Of a DNA stretch of 64,000 nt, positions 8,622 to 17,963 are shown piece after piece. Made by a program: the position numbers and the translations under genes. Source of the DNA: Collinsella sp. (lineage in GTDB: Bacteria; Actinomycetota; Coriobacteriia; Coriobacteriales; Coriobacteriaceae); the NCBI GenBank assembly GCA_046995905.1, contig JBKXET010000001.1, positions 479,589-543,588 on the forward strand. Direction: 5' to 3'. Every line of letters begins with the position of its first letter. The first letter of the stretch is position 1. A model generated the notes under the pieces. The model was not told where the DNA came from and did not search any database. It worked only from the letters and a program-made list of their open reading frames with translations.

Positions 8622-10100
8622 ATGGAGGGTAACGTGGCAATATCGAAGACGCGAGAGCTCGAAGATTATTTTGAACGCATCGTGCGCACGCGCGAAGGCG
8701 ACCTGCCTGGTCGTCGCAAAGGCGACGAATACTTGTCTCAAACCCATGCGCTCTACCATGGCGACCCTGCGCCCTGGGCTCTGACGCCAAAGATATTCGA
8801 CAAGGATATGACGGCGCTTCTTAAGGAGGCGTCCGAGCGCATGTACGGCATTATGGACAAGGTGACGCGGGCGTTTTGTTCCGATGCCTCCGTGCGCGCG
8901 TGGTTTCGCATGGATCCGGCTTTTGCTGACCTGTGCGCTATGGATGCCGGCTATGATTGCCAGATCCCCCTTGCGCGCGTTGATATCTTTCTTGACGAGG
9001 ACACCGGTTCGTATACGTTTTGCGAGCTCAATACCGACGGCAGTGCCGGAATGGTAGTGACCGATGCGGTCTGTCAGGCAGTGCGAACGACGCCTTCCTT
9101 TGAGGAGTTTGCATCCGACCACCCCGGCTTTCGGCAGTACGATTTGTGCGACGACTGGATAGATGCATTGTTTGAGACCTATGCAGAGTGGAAGCTGGCC
9201 CATCCTCGCCGCACCGAGGATAGTGCACGATTGGACGACGGGGCCCGCGTTGACGAGGGGCTCTATGCGCCGCAATCAAAGAAATGTCCCGCTTCGGTGG
9301 CAATCGTCGACTATTCGGAAAGCATCGACTCGGAAGATGCGGCTCATTTTGTCGACCTTATGAGGCGGCGGGGTGTAGCCGCACGCTTTGCGGATGTGCG
9401 CGACCTGCGGATTGGCGAAGGCGAAAGCGGTGCTAGGTGCCTGTGCGATGCCGCTGGTCCTATTGATTGCGTCTGGCGGCGCGCGGTGACCGGCGAGTTG
9501 TGGGATAAGCCGTGCGATGGACGCTCGGCCTTAATTGAGGCGGCTCAAGAAGGGATTGCGTGCATCGTCGGGGGATTTAGAACGTGGCCGTGTGCGACTA
9601 AGACCGTATTTGCATTTCTGTGGTCTCGAGCCGGGCAGTCCTTGTTGAGCCCGGAGGAGCAATCGTTTGTACGGGAGCATGTGCCCTATACCGAGATTTT
9701 GGACGAAAGCACCCAGTTGTCGAGATTTGCCGAAAAGGACCGATGGATCGTCAAGCCGTGCGGCGGCTACAATGCGGTTGGCGTTGTCGCTGGTTTGGAT
9801 GCCACGGAACAGGAATGGTCCCAGGTGCTTACTCGTGCTGCGGCCGCTGGGGCGATTGTACAGGAGTATGCTCAGCAGTATCAGACTCCCTGCTTGCGCG
9901 GAACGCTTGTCGATGGGCCGCATCGAGGAGAGGCGCCCAAAGGACTTGTGGATGATCTTGGTTTTGCGCCCGCTTCTAATATGGAAGGCTTGTATCTGTA
10001 TCGCGGCCGTTTTGCAGGCGTGTACACACGTGTGGGCTTTGCCAACACCATAGGAGAGTGGACGAGCCGTTTGAACGTTGCGAGCTTTTTTGAGGAATAG
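8622..10100 (+). CDS. glutathionylspermidine-synthase-family / ATP-grasp-like protein
   Basis: Motif ARVDIFLDEDTGSYTFCELNTDGSAGM and a C-terminal half (WIVKPCGGYNAVGV...IVQEY) resemble pre-ATP-grasp GSP-synthetase-like ligases. The assignment is by eye only. Confidence 0.55.
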   Translation: MEGNVAISKTRELEDYFERIVRTREGDLPGRRKGDEYLSQTHALYHGDPAPWALTPKIFDKDMTALLKEASERMYGIMDKVTRAFCSDASVRAWFRMDPAFADLCAMDAGYDCQIPLARVDIFLDEDTGSYTFCELNTDGSAGMVVTDAVCQAVRTTPSFEEFASDHPGFRQYDLCDDWIDALFETYAEWKLAHPRRTEDSARLDDGARVDEGLYAPQSKKCPASVAIVDYSESIDSEDAAHFVDLMRRRGVAARFADVRDLRIGEGESGARCLCDAAGPIDCVWRRAVTGELWDKPCDGRSALIEAAQEGIACIVGGFRTWPCATKTVFAFLWSRAGQSLLSPEEQSFVREHVPYTEILDESTQLSRFAEKDRWIVKPCGGYNAVGVVAGLDATEQEWSQVLTRAAAAGAIVQEYAQQYQTPCLRGTLVDGPHRGEAPKGLVDDLGFAPASNMEGLYLYRGRFAGVYTRVGFANTIGEWTSRLNVASFFEE

Positions 10101-10180
10101 CCGTTTCTTGGGGAGCCTTCCGTGGTTGCGGCGTTTGACGTGACGGGGAGATTTTGGCGAAGCCGGCGAGTCCAGTTCTA

Positions 10181-10225
10181 TCTGGCGTTTTTGTTGCGGG
10201 GCTGGGCGTACGCTTGAGCTGGAGT
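10181..10225 (+). repeat. 45-bp direct repeat, copy 2
   Basis: TCTGGCGTTTTTGTTGCGGGGCTGGGCGTACGCTTGAGCTGGAGT. One mismatch to 8468-8512. Confidence 0.9.
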
Positions 10226-10322
10226 CCTCTCCATGCGCTACCATGACAGGCAACGAATTTGACGAACGACCCGCCGAGCTTGCCTCGGCGGGCTTTTGGC
10301 GTTGCAATGCCGGAGGAACAGC

Positions 10323-13300
10323 ATGCTCATTCACCGTATAGCCGCGCAGCTCTACACTGCCGAGGCGCTGCAGACCGTCGAGGCCGGGCTCGATTCTGGC
10401 GAGGACGTGACGCTGGCCGTGTCTCAGTCGGGCCGAACGCTTATGGCCGCCGCCCAGTTTGCGCGTCGTCCGCGCCCCACGGTCTACATCGTGAGTGGCG
10501 AGGATGCGGCCGATCGCGCCGCACGCAGTCTGGCCGCCTATGTGGGCCTGGCGCACGTGTGCCGCTTTCCCGAGCGCAAGGACTACCCTTGGCGCGAGCA
10601 GGCGCCCGACGACGCCGTGGTAGCCCAGCGCTGCGAGGCACTCGGGCGCATCGTGCGCGGCGACAACTGCATCATGGTCGCCTCGGCCCGCGCGCTGCTG
10701 CGTTGCGTGCCGCCAGTCGAGAGCCGCTACTGGGAGTCCACGACCTTCGCGGTGGGCGAGGAGATTCCTTTTGACGAGGTGCCGCGGCGCCTGGTGGGCA
10801 TGGGCTACACCAATGCCGGCGCTGCCGACGCGCCCGGCCTGTTCCGCGTGCACGGCGACACCGTCGAGGTGTTTCCCGCGCAGGAAAAGGCGCCCGTGCG
10901 CATTGAGTTTTTTGGCGACGAGATCGACCGCATCCGCCGCATGGTGAGTTCAACGGGCCAGACCATCGGCAACGAGGACAGCATCGAGATCTTCCCCTGT
11001 CGCGAGCTGGCGCTTACCGACGAGGCCGTTCACAACATGCATGTGGCGCTCTACCGCGCCAGCCAGGACGACAGCAAGTTGGCGGCGCTGCTCGAGATGG
11101 TGGATGCGCGCATCGTCACGCCTGAGCTCGACCGCTTTTTGCCGGTGATGTACGGCCAGACCGTGAGCCCGCTTTCGCATGTGAGCGGCAAAGCGCTCGT
11201 AGTGCTGTCCGAGCCGCGCTCGCTGTTCGACGATTGCCTGCGCGCCTACGAGGATATCGAGGCACGTGCCGGCGAGGCGGGGGTCGACCGTCTGGACGGC
11301 CTGTATGTGCGTGCCCAGCAGCTCGATTTTGGTGCTCAGCAGCGCCTGAACTATGTGAGCCTCATCCGTGCCGGCGGTGCGGTGACGGCAGAGCTCAAGA
11401 TTGAGCAGCCGGCCATTGCGGGCTCGGACAATCGCTTTATGACGCGCATCCAGGAGGTCGTGGGCAAGCGCTATGCCTGCGTGTTTGCCATCCCCGACCG
11501 CGGTGCGCGCGAGTCGATGGAGCTCACCTTTGGCGACGAGGGCATTACCTTTGAGGAATCGCTGACCGCCGCGCCCGAAAATGCCGGCGCTATCGGCGAC
11601 CGCGTGCGCGTGGCAGCGGCGGATTCCGCCGACCGTGCCGCACGCCAGGAGGCCCATGCTTCCATTCGCGAGCGTAAGGCCGATGCGCTCAACGCCCGCT
11701 CGCTCGAGGCGGGTGCCGCCCAGGCTGCCGCCGGCGCCGCCGTGCCCACCATCTCGCGCGGGCGCGTGACCTTTGTGGACGCTGCCCTGCCGCAGGGCGT
11801 GGTGGTGCCCGATGCCAACCTGGCCGTATTCTCGATTGCCGACCTCAACGCCCGCATGGATGCCAACCGCGCGCGCAGCCGCCGCAAGGTTGACATTACG
11901 CAGATCACCTTCCCATTTAAACCGGGCGACTACGTGGTGCACGCCACTCACGGTATCGCGCTCTTTAGCGAGATCGCGCGCCAGGAAGTGGGCGGCAAGG
12001 AACGCGACTACTTTTTGCTGGAATATGCCGATGGCGACAAGCTCTACGTGCCGCTCGAGCAGGTCGACCGCATCACGCGCTATGTTGGCCCCGACGGCGA
12101 CAAGCCGCGCCTGACCAGGCTCAACACCGCCGACTGGACGCGTGCTACCAACAAGGCGCGCAAGAACGCCAAAAAGCTGGCGTTTGACCTGGTTGACCTG
12201 TATACGCGCCGCTCGTCGATTACCGGTATCGCTTGTCCGCCCGATACGCCCGAGCAGATCGAGATGGAGGAGAGCTTCCCCTACGACGAGACACGCGACC
12301 AGCTGGAGGCTATCGCCGACATCAAGGCCGACATGGAGGCGCCCAAGCCCATGGACCGCCTGCTGTGCGGCGACGTGGGCTTTGGCAAGACCGAGGTCGC
12401 CCTGCGCGCGGCGTTTAAGTGCGTGGACTCCGGCCGCCAGGTCATGGTGCTCTGCCCCACGACCATTCTGGCCCAACAGCACTACGAGACATTCTTTGAG
12501 CGCTTTGCCCCGTTTGGCCTGGAGGTCGAGGTGCTCAGCCGCTTCCGTACCCCGGCGCAGCAAAAGCGCGCGCTCAAGGCGTTTGCCGAGGGCACGATAG
12601 ACGTGCTCATCGGCACGCATCGTCTGCTTTCGGCCGATGTGAACCCCAAGAACCTGGGCCTGGTGATCATCGACGAAGAGCAGCGCTTTGGTGTGCAGCA
12701 CAAGGAGCAGCTCAAAAACCTGCGCGAGCAAATCGACGTGCTCACACTCTCGGCAACGCCTATTCCGCGAACCATGCAGATGGCCACGAGTGGCGTGCGC
12801 GACATGAGCCTGATCACCACGCCGCCGACCGGGCGTCGTCCCGTGATCGTGCACGTGGGGGAGTACGACCCCGACGTGGTGAGTGCGGCGATTCGCCTGG
12901 AGGTGGGCCGCGGCGGTCAGGTGTATTACGTGTCCAACCGCGTCAAGACCATCGACGATGCCGTGGCGCGCGTGCACGAGGCCGCGCCCGAGGCGCGCGT
13001 GGGCGTGGCACACGGCAAGATGAGCCCGCGCGAGGTCGAGGACGTGATGATCGAGTTCGCGACCAAGAAGATCGACGTGCTTATCGCCACGACCATCGTG
13101 GAGAGCGGTATCGATAACGCGACCGCCAACACGCTCATCATCGAGGACTCGCAGCGTCTGGGTCTGGCACAGCTCTACCAGCTCAAGGGCCGTGTGGGTC
13201 GCTCTGCCACGCAGGCCTATGCGTACTTTATGTTCCCGGGCGAGCTGCCGCTTACCGAGGAGGCCACGGCACGCCTGACTGCACTTTCCGAGTTCCAAGA

Positions 13301-13955
13301 CCTGGGCAGCGGCATGCGCATCGCCATGCGCGATCTGGAGATTCGCGGCGCCGGCTCGCTTATGGGAGCCGAGCAGCACGGTAACCTGTCGAGTGTGGGC
13401 TTTGACCTGTTTACGCAGATGCTGGGACAGGCCGTGGCCGAGGCGCGCGGCGACGACGATGCCGGCGTGGAGGCGGCGAGCGTGGGCATCAACCTGCCGG
13501 CCGACTACTTCTTGTCCGAGGAGTACATGCCGGCGGTGGACCAGCGCGTGCTCGTGTACCGCAAGCTCGCGGCGGCTGAGGACCTGGAGAGTGTCGACGA
13601 GGTGCAGGAGGAGACCGAGGCCGCGCACGGTGAGCTGCCGTTGGCGGGGCTCAACCTGTTCAATCGCGCGCGTATCCGTATCCGCGGCGAGCGCCTGGGG
13701 CTCGAGAGTGTCACGCTCAGCGGTGGGCGCATTACCTTCCTGGGGGTTGACGTTCCCAAGAAGGTAGCCTTTGAGTTCAAGAATCGCTATGGCGCGGTGA
13801 ACTTTCCCAAGAGCCGCAAGCTGTCGGTGCCCTACAAGGCGGGCGCCGGCGCGGGCAGCGGCCTGGGCCGCGGCCTCGACGCCAACGACGGCACCGGCCC
13901 GGTGGCCGCGGCGCTCATGCTGCTGCAACAGCTGGGCGCTAGCGACGACGACTAA
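10323..13955 (+). CDS. mfd: transcription-repair coupling factor
   Basis: About 1210 aa. UvrB-homology N-terminus, RNAP-interaction region (VVHATHGIALF), superfamily-2 helicase motifs (GDVGFGKTEV, DEEQRFG, TATPIPRT) and a TRCF C-terminal domain. Confidence 0.95.
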   Translation: MLIHRIAAQLYTAEALQTVEAGLDSGEDVTLAVSQSGRTLMAAAQFARRPRPTVYIVSGEDAADRAARSLAAYVGLAHVCRFPERKDYPWREQAPDDAVVAQRCEALGRIVRGDNCIMVASARALLRCVPPVESRYWESTTFAVGEEIPFDEVPRRLVGMGYTNAGAADAPGLFRVHGDTVEVFPAQEKAPVRIEFFGDEIDRIRRMVSSTGQTIGNEDSIEIFPCRELALTDEAVHNMHVALYRASQDDSKLAALLEMVDARIVTPELDRFLPVMYGQTVSPLSHVSGKALVVLSEPRSLFDDCLRAYEDIEARAGEAGVDRLDGLYVRAQQLDFGAQQRLNYVSLIRAGGAVTAELKIEQPAIAGSDNRFMTRIQEVVGKRYACVFAIPDRGARESMELTFGDEGITFEESLTAAPENAGAIGDRVRVAAADSADRAARQEAHASIRERKADALNARSLEAGAAQAAAGAAVPTISRGRVTFVDAALPQGVVVPDANLAVFSIADLNARMDANRARSRRKVDITQITFPFKPGDYVVHATHGIALFSEIARQEVGGKERDYFLLEYADGDKLYVPLEQVDRITRYVGPDGDKPRLTRLNTADWTRATNKARKNAKKLAFDLVDLYTRRSSITGIACPPDTPEQIEMEESFPYDETRDQLEAIADIKADMEAPKPMDRLLCGDVGFGKTEVALRAAFKCVDSGRQVMVLCPTTILAQQHYETFFERFAPFGLEVEVLSRFRTPAQQKRALKAFAEGTIDVLIGTHRLLSADVNPKNLGLVIIDEEQRFGVQHKEQLKNLREQIDVLTLSATPIPRTMQMATSGVRDMSLITTPPTGRRPVIVHVGEYDPDVVSAAIRLEVGRGGQVYYVSNRVKTIDDAVARVHEAAPEARVGVAHGKMSPREVEDVMIEFATKKIDVLIATTIVESGIDNATANTLIIEDSQRLGLAQLYQLKGRVGRSATQAYAYFMFPGELPLTEEATARLTALSEFQDLGSGMRIAMRDLEIRGAGSLMGAEQHGNLSSVGFDLFTQMLGQAVAEARGDDDAGVEAASVGINLPADYFLSEEYMPAVDQRVLVYRKLAAAEDLESVDEVQEETEAAHGELPLAGLNLFNRARIRIRGERLGLESVTLSGGRITFLGVDVPKKVAFEFKNRYGAVNFPKSRKLSVPYKAGAGAGSGLGRGLDANDGTGPVAAALMLLQQLGASDDD

Positions 13956-14035
13956 CAAGTAGGGGGCGTGGCGGGATGAAGTTGTCTTTGTCCCGCCACG
14001 TTGCAGGTTGATTCCAGCCCCATCGAAAGGAAAGC

Positions 14036-14899
14036 ATGTTCGGGTACATCTATAAGAAAGATGCCGCCATTATCGCGGTTGTCCTGTGTCTTTGTCTGGG
14101 CGTGGGCAGTTTCTTCGATTATCAGATCTCGAGCGCGCTGTTCAATATCGGCAGCATGTACGGTCGCTTTATCGAGGCCGCCGGCGAGCTGCCGTTCGAG
14201 CTGACGGCGAGCATCGCGGGCGTTATGCTCGTGCGCGCGGTGCGTCCCGACTCCAGGGGGAGCAAATGGCTCGCTGTGCTCGGCATCCTCGTCAACGTTG
14301 GCCTGACCGGCTACGAGATCGTTTCGTCCCTGAGGGTTGGCGGCAAACTCATCGCGGCTCAGTTGGTGCTGACGTTTGTGCTGGTCATCGTCGCCAACCT
14401 TATCGTCTATCGCCTCACGCGCACGACCGAGCCCGACGAGCTCACACGCTGGGCGTTGATGGTGCTTGCCGTGTGGGTCGCTCAGGCCATCATCCTCAAC
14501 GTGATCGTCAAGCCGCTGTGGTCGCGCCCGCGCATGCGCGTGATCGAGGTCACGCCGGGGCTCAATTTTCAGCCGTGGTGGGTGATCGGCAATCCCGACA
14601 AGTGGACCTATATCGCCGCCGGCGTAATCAAGGACGGCTTTAAGTCGTTCGCGAGCGGGCACACCGCGCATGCGGCGATGGGTCTTATGCTCGCCGGACT
14701 TCCCGCGGTGGCCTTTAAGGAAAAGCCCTCGCGCCGTCGGGTGGTCTTTTGGACGGCGGCTGTGGTCGCGGCGCTCGTCGCCTTTGGCCGCATCGTGATC
14801 GGAGCGCATTTTTTGAGTGACGTGAGCTGCGGCTTTGCCCTGGTGCTGGCGCTTGAGTGCCTTGCCGCGCGCATTGCCTATCCCAACGGCGTACAATAG
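14036..14899 (+). CDS. PAP2-family phosphatase, membrane
   Basis: Multi-TM. PAP2 motifs KPLWSRPRP-like, SFASGHTAHA and GRIVIGAHFLSDV. Confidence 0.8.
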   Translation: MFGYIYKKDAAIIAVVLCLCLGVGSFFDYQISSALFNIGSMYGRFIEAAGELPFELTASIAGVMLVRAVRPDSRGSKWLAVLGILVNVGLTGYEIVSSLRVGGKLIAAQLVLTFVLVIVANLIVYRLTRTTEPDELTRWALMVLAVWVAQAIILNVIVKPLWSRPRMRVIEVTPGLNFQPWWVIGNPDKWTYIAAGVIKDGFKSFASGHTAHAAMGLMLAGLPAVAFKEKPSRRRVVFWTAAVVAALVAFGRIVIGAHFLSDVSCGFALVLALECLAARIAYPNGVQ

Positions 14900-14944
14900 C
14901 TCCGTTTGAATCATCTGGCCGATACCCGGTAAGAGAGGATTGCC

Positions 14945-15970
14945 ATGCTCGCGTTTAACAACGACTATTCCCACGGCGCACATCCGGCAGTGCTGCAGGC
15001 GCTCGTCGACACCAACATGGAGCCGCAGCCCGGCTACGGTACCGATGCGCACACCGAGCGTGCCAAGCAGCTTATCCGCGAGGCCTGTCAGGCCCCCGAT
15101 GCCGACGTGTTTTTTCTGGTGGGCGGCACGCAGGCCAACGCGACGGTGATCGACATGCTGCTTGCGCCCTACGAGGGCGTCGTTGCCGCCGAGACCGGCC
15201 ACGTCGCCGGGCACGAGGCGGGCGCTATCGAGTTTGGTGGTCACAAGGTGCTCACTATCCCCGGCTACGAGGGCAAGATGCACGTCGAGGATCTCGAAAA
15301 CTATTTCCAGGTGTTCTACGAAAACGAGAGCCATGAGCACATGGTGTTCCCGGGCGCCGTGTACGTGAGTCTATCGACCGAGTACGGCACGCTGTATTCC
15401 AGGGCTGAGCTCGCGGCGATTCACGCGGTGTGCCAGAAGCGCGAGATTCCGCTATTTGTGGACGGCGCTCGCCTGGCCTATGCACTGGCGGCCGGTGAGT
15501 GCGACATTACCCTGCCCGAGCTGGCGCAGCTGTGCGACGTGTTCTACATCGGCGGCACCAAGTGCGGCGCGCTCTGCGGCGAGGCTGTGGTGTTCTGCGG
15601 CATGCACGCTCCGGCACATCCCATTCCGCGTATTAAGCAGCACGGCGCGCTGTTGGCCAAGGGCCGCCTGACGGGCGTGCAGTTTGAGGCACTCTTTACC
15701 GATGGCTTGTATTTTGAGATTGGTCGACAGGCGATCGAAACCGCGCAGACGCTTCGTCGCGTGCTGCACGAGCACGGCTACCGGTTCTTCTTGGAGACGC
15801 CGACTAACCAGCAGTTCGTGATTCTGCCCAACGAGGACATGGCGCGCATTCGCGAGCATGCGGCGATCGAGTACTGGGAAAAGTACGACGAGACCCACAC
15901 GGTGGTGCGCTTTTGCACCAGCTGGGCCACGACGCAGGAGGATATCGACGCGTTGGCGGCGGTTCTGTAG
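14945..15970 (+). CDS. PLP-dependent low-specificity threonine aldolase / beta-eliminating lyase family
   Basis: N-terminus FNNDYSHGAHPAVLQAL and the PLP-lysine context FYIGGTKCGALCGEAVVF. Confidence 0.7.
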   Translation: MLAFNNDYSHGAHPAVLQALVDTNMEPQPGYGTDAHTERAKQLIREACQAPDADVFFLVGGTQANATVIDMLLAPYEGVVAAETGHVAGHEAGAIEFGGHKVLTIPGYEGKMHVEDLENYFQVFYENESHEHMVFPGAVYVSLSTEYGTLYSRAELAAIHAVCQKREIPLFVDGARLAYALAAGECDITLPELAQLCDVFYIGGTKCGALCGEAVVFCGMHAPAHPIPRIKQHGALLAKGRLTGVQFEALFTDGLYFEIGRQAIETAQTLRRVLHEHGYRFFLETPTNQQFVILPNEDMARIREHAAIEYWEKYDETHTVVRFCTSWATTQEDIDALAAVL

Positions 15971-15988
15971 CCTGATGTAATGACGAGG

Positions 15989-16032
15989 GGCCGCCTTGCG
16001 CTTGGGTTTGGCGCAAGGCGGCCTTTGTTTTT
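15989..16032 (+). terminator. intrinsic terminator
   Basis: GGCCGCCTTGCGC-loop-GCGCAAGGCGGCC followed by TTTGTTTTT. Confidence 0.8.
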
Positions 16033-16048
16033 GAGGGAGAAGGGTTGT

Positions 16049-16639
16049 ATGACCGAGATGTCCGATCCGACGATTCGTCTGGCGACGCCCGATGATGCGC
16101 CGGCGTTGCTTGCCATCTATGAGCCGTATGTGCGCCAGACGGCGATTACCTGCGAATACGAGGTGCCGAGCGTTGAGGAGTTCGCCGGGCGCATCGAGCG
16201 CACGCTCAAGCGCTATCCGTATCTGGTGATGGAACTGGACGGGCGTCCGGTAGGCTATGCCTATGTGAGTCCGCTCAACAGCCGCGAGGCATACGACTGG
16301 TCGGTCGAGACATCGATCTACCTGGCGCGTGATGTGCGCCACGGCGGGCTGGGCCGCAAGCTGCATGACGCGCTCAAGCAATGCCTGATCGCGATGGGTA
16401 TCACCAACATGTGCGCCCTCATCGCCGTGCCGCACGACAAGGACGATGAGTACCTGACGCACAACAGCCAGGACTTCCATGCCCATATGGGGTATCGCCT
16501 GGTGGGCGCCTTCGACCGCTGCGCCCAAAAGTTCGGCCGCTGGTACGACATGTGTTGGATGGAGCTGGTCCTAGCCGAGCGCACGCCCAACCAACCCAAA
16601 CCAACCTGGTTCCCCGACCTCCCCAAACCTGCCATTTAG
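16049..16639 (+). CDS. GNAT N-acetyltransferase (phosphinothricin-acetyltransferase-like)
   Basis: IRLATPDDAPALLAIYEPYVRQTAITCEYEVPSVEEF and RGGLGRKLHDAL (acetyl-CoA loop). Confidence 0.8.
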   Translation: MTEMSDPTIRLATPDDAPALLAIYEPYVRQTAITCEYEVPSVEEFAGRIERTLKRYPYLVMELDGRPVGYAYVSPLNSREAYDWSVETSIYLARDVRHGGLGRKLHDALKQCLIAMGITNMCALIAVPHDKDDEYLTHNSQDFHAHMGYRLVGAFDRCAQKFGRWYDMCWMELVLAERTPNQPKPTWFPDLPKPAI

Positions 16640-16650
16640 GGACAGGTATA

Positions 16651-16890
16651 TTTTGGCCGCTTTGTAGCGTCAATCCACCGCGAGAAGTACGGATTCACGC
16701 GTCTTTTGATGCGGATGGGCGTAATTTGGCTTCGATTTGGGTCCGTTTGGCTTCGATTCGAACTAAGTGAGTAGACTTTTTAGCGCAGGTCGAGCACAAG
16801 GCGTATCTGCCTTAGTAAAACCGCAGGTCACAGAGGTGACAGTTTTTGGTGTGCTCGACAGGTCACGAAAAGTCTACTCACTTAGATTTG
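16651..16890 (+). repeat. intergenic repeat A, intact copy, containing a ~123-nt imperfect palindrome (16763-16885)
   Basis: Outer arms CTAAGTGAGTAGACTTTT (16763-16780) and AAAAGTCTACTCACTTAG (16868-16885); inner arms GTCGAGCAC and GTGCTCGAC. A paralog at 24961-25134 plus 26901-26968 is split by the IS. Confidence 0.85.
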
Positions 16891-17035
16891 CGGTACTGGA
16901 TATTCTGAGCAGGAACAGTTGAGCTTGGACGGCGCGTATTGCCAGGCGATGTTGGCATTTGTGCCATGCTGGCTTGAGATTTAATAAAACCGCAGGTAAA
17001 ACGTTCATTAGGTACAGTTTGCCTCGTTTGGTGCG

Positions 17036-17758
17036 CTAGCCGATGGGCTCGGTGTATTTTGCGCGGTCGGTGCGCTGGATGCGCTTGGAGACGTGGAGCG
17101 GGCGGCCGTCGGTGTCGTAGACGTAGTCGGTGATTAGGATCAGCGCCTGCCCGCGCTCAACGTTGAGCAAAAACGCCTCGTTTTGCGAGGCGTAGCACAC
17201 CTCAAAGGTCTTATGCCCCTGTGCCGGTGCGCGATGGAACTCCTGTCGCAGCGTGGCGTAGAGCGAACCGTTGATATCGCGATCGATGAGTGCCTCAAAG
17301 CTCGGTGGTAGATAGGTGGTCTCCAGGCACAGCGGCGCATCGTCCAGATAACGCAGACGGACAAGTTTGACGAGCTTGCTGCCCACGGCGGCATCAAAGA
17401 ACTTAGCTATGCTGCCGCCCGCCTTGGTAAAGCCCGAGTCCACGGTGCGCGTGGTGGGCTTCATGCCCTGGCCTTCGACCTGCTTGGTATAGCTCGAAAA
17501 CACCAGGTTGTTCTCATGGAGCGCGGGCGTGTCGGCCACAAAGGCACCACGTCCGCGCTCGGTGCGCACCAGGCCCTCATCAACGAGCACCTTAAGGGCG
17601 TGGCGCACGGTGCTGCGCGACAGCCCCGATTCGTCCATAAGCTCCATCTCGGACGGCAGCTTGTCTCCGCGCGCGTAGATGCCGGCGGCGATGCGGTCGC
17701 GAAGCGTACCCGCCAAGCGCTCGTATTGGGCCAGTTTCTTTTTAGACGAAGCGTTCAT
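17036..17758 (-). CDS. GntR/HutC-family regulator with UTRA effector domain
   Basis: wHTH LPSEMELMDESGLSRSTVRHALKVLVDEGLV plus a C-terminal UTRA-like domain. Divergent from the SIS/PTS genes. Confidence 0.85.
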   Translation of the reverse strand: MNASSKKKLAQYERLAGTLRDRIAAGIYARGDKLPSEMELMDESGLSRSTVRHALKVLVDEGLVRTERGRGAFVADTPALHENNLVFSSYTKQVEGQGMKPTTRTVDSGFTKAGGSIAKFFDAAVGSKLVKLVRLRYLDDAPLCLETTYLPPSFEALIDRDINGSLYATLRQEFHRAPAQGHKTFEVCYASQNEAFLLNVERGQALILITDYVYDTDGRPLHVSKRIQRTDRAKYTEPIG

Positions 17759-17963
17759 GCGATCAACCTGTATCTAACTTGTATGCGTATCTAATTAAGC
17801 ATGTATTCAATACAACAACAAAACCGCTGGTAGCTAGCTATCGAAAACCGCATCAGCAAAATTTCTAGGACAAATATAGCATACAACTAGTCGACATAAC
17901 CAAAACATGTATGTAACTTGTATGCCATCGAGAGCATCAAACGAGAAGAAAGGCTGATGCACG

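Noticed and set aside
10950-13958. Very long antisense ORFs: 1002 aa opposite mfd, and similar ones at 3096-4409, 5444-6772, 15452-16528, 17937-18911, 23183-24220, 37035-region + strand ORFs, 46877-48505, 49174-50580, 54011-55843, 60470-62104 and 62454-63878.
   Set aside because: These are typical GC-rich shadow ORFs. They lie exactly opposite genes with unambiguous conserved motifs. Their translations are low-complexity (R/A/G/H/L-rich) with no recognisable domains.
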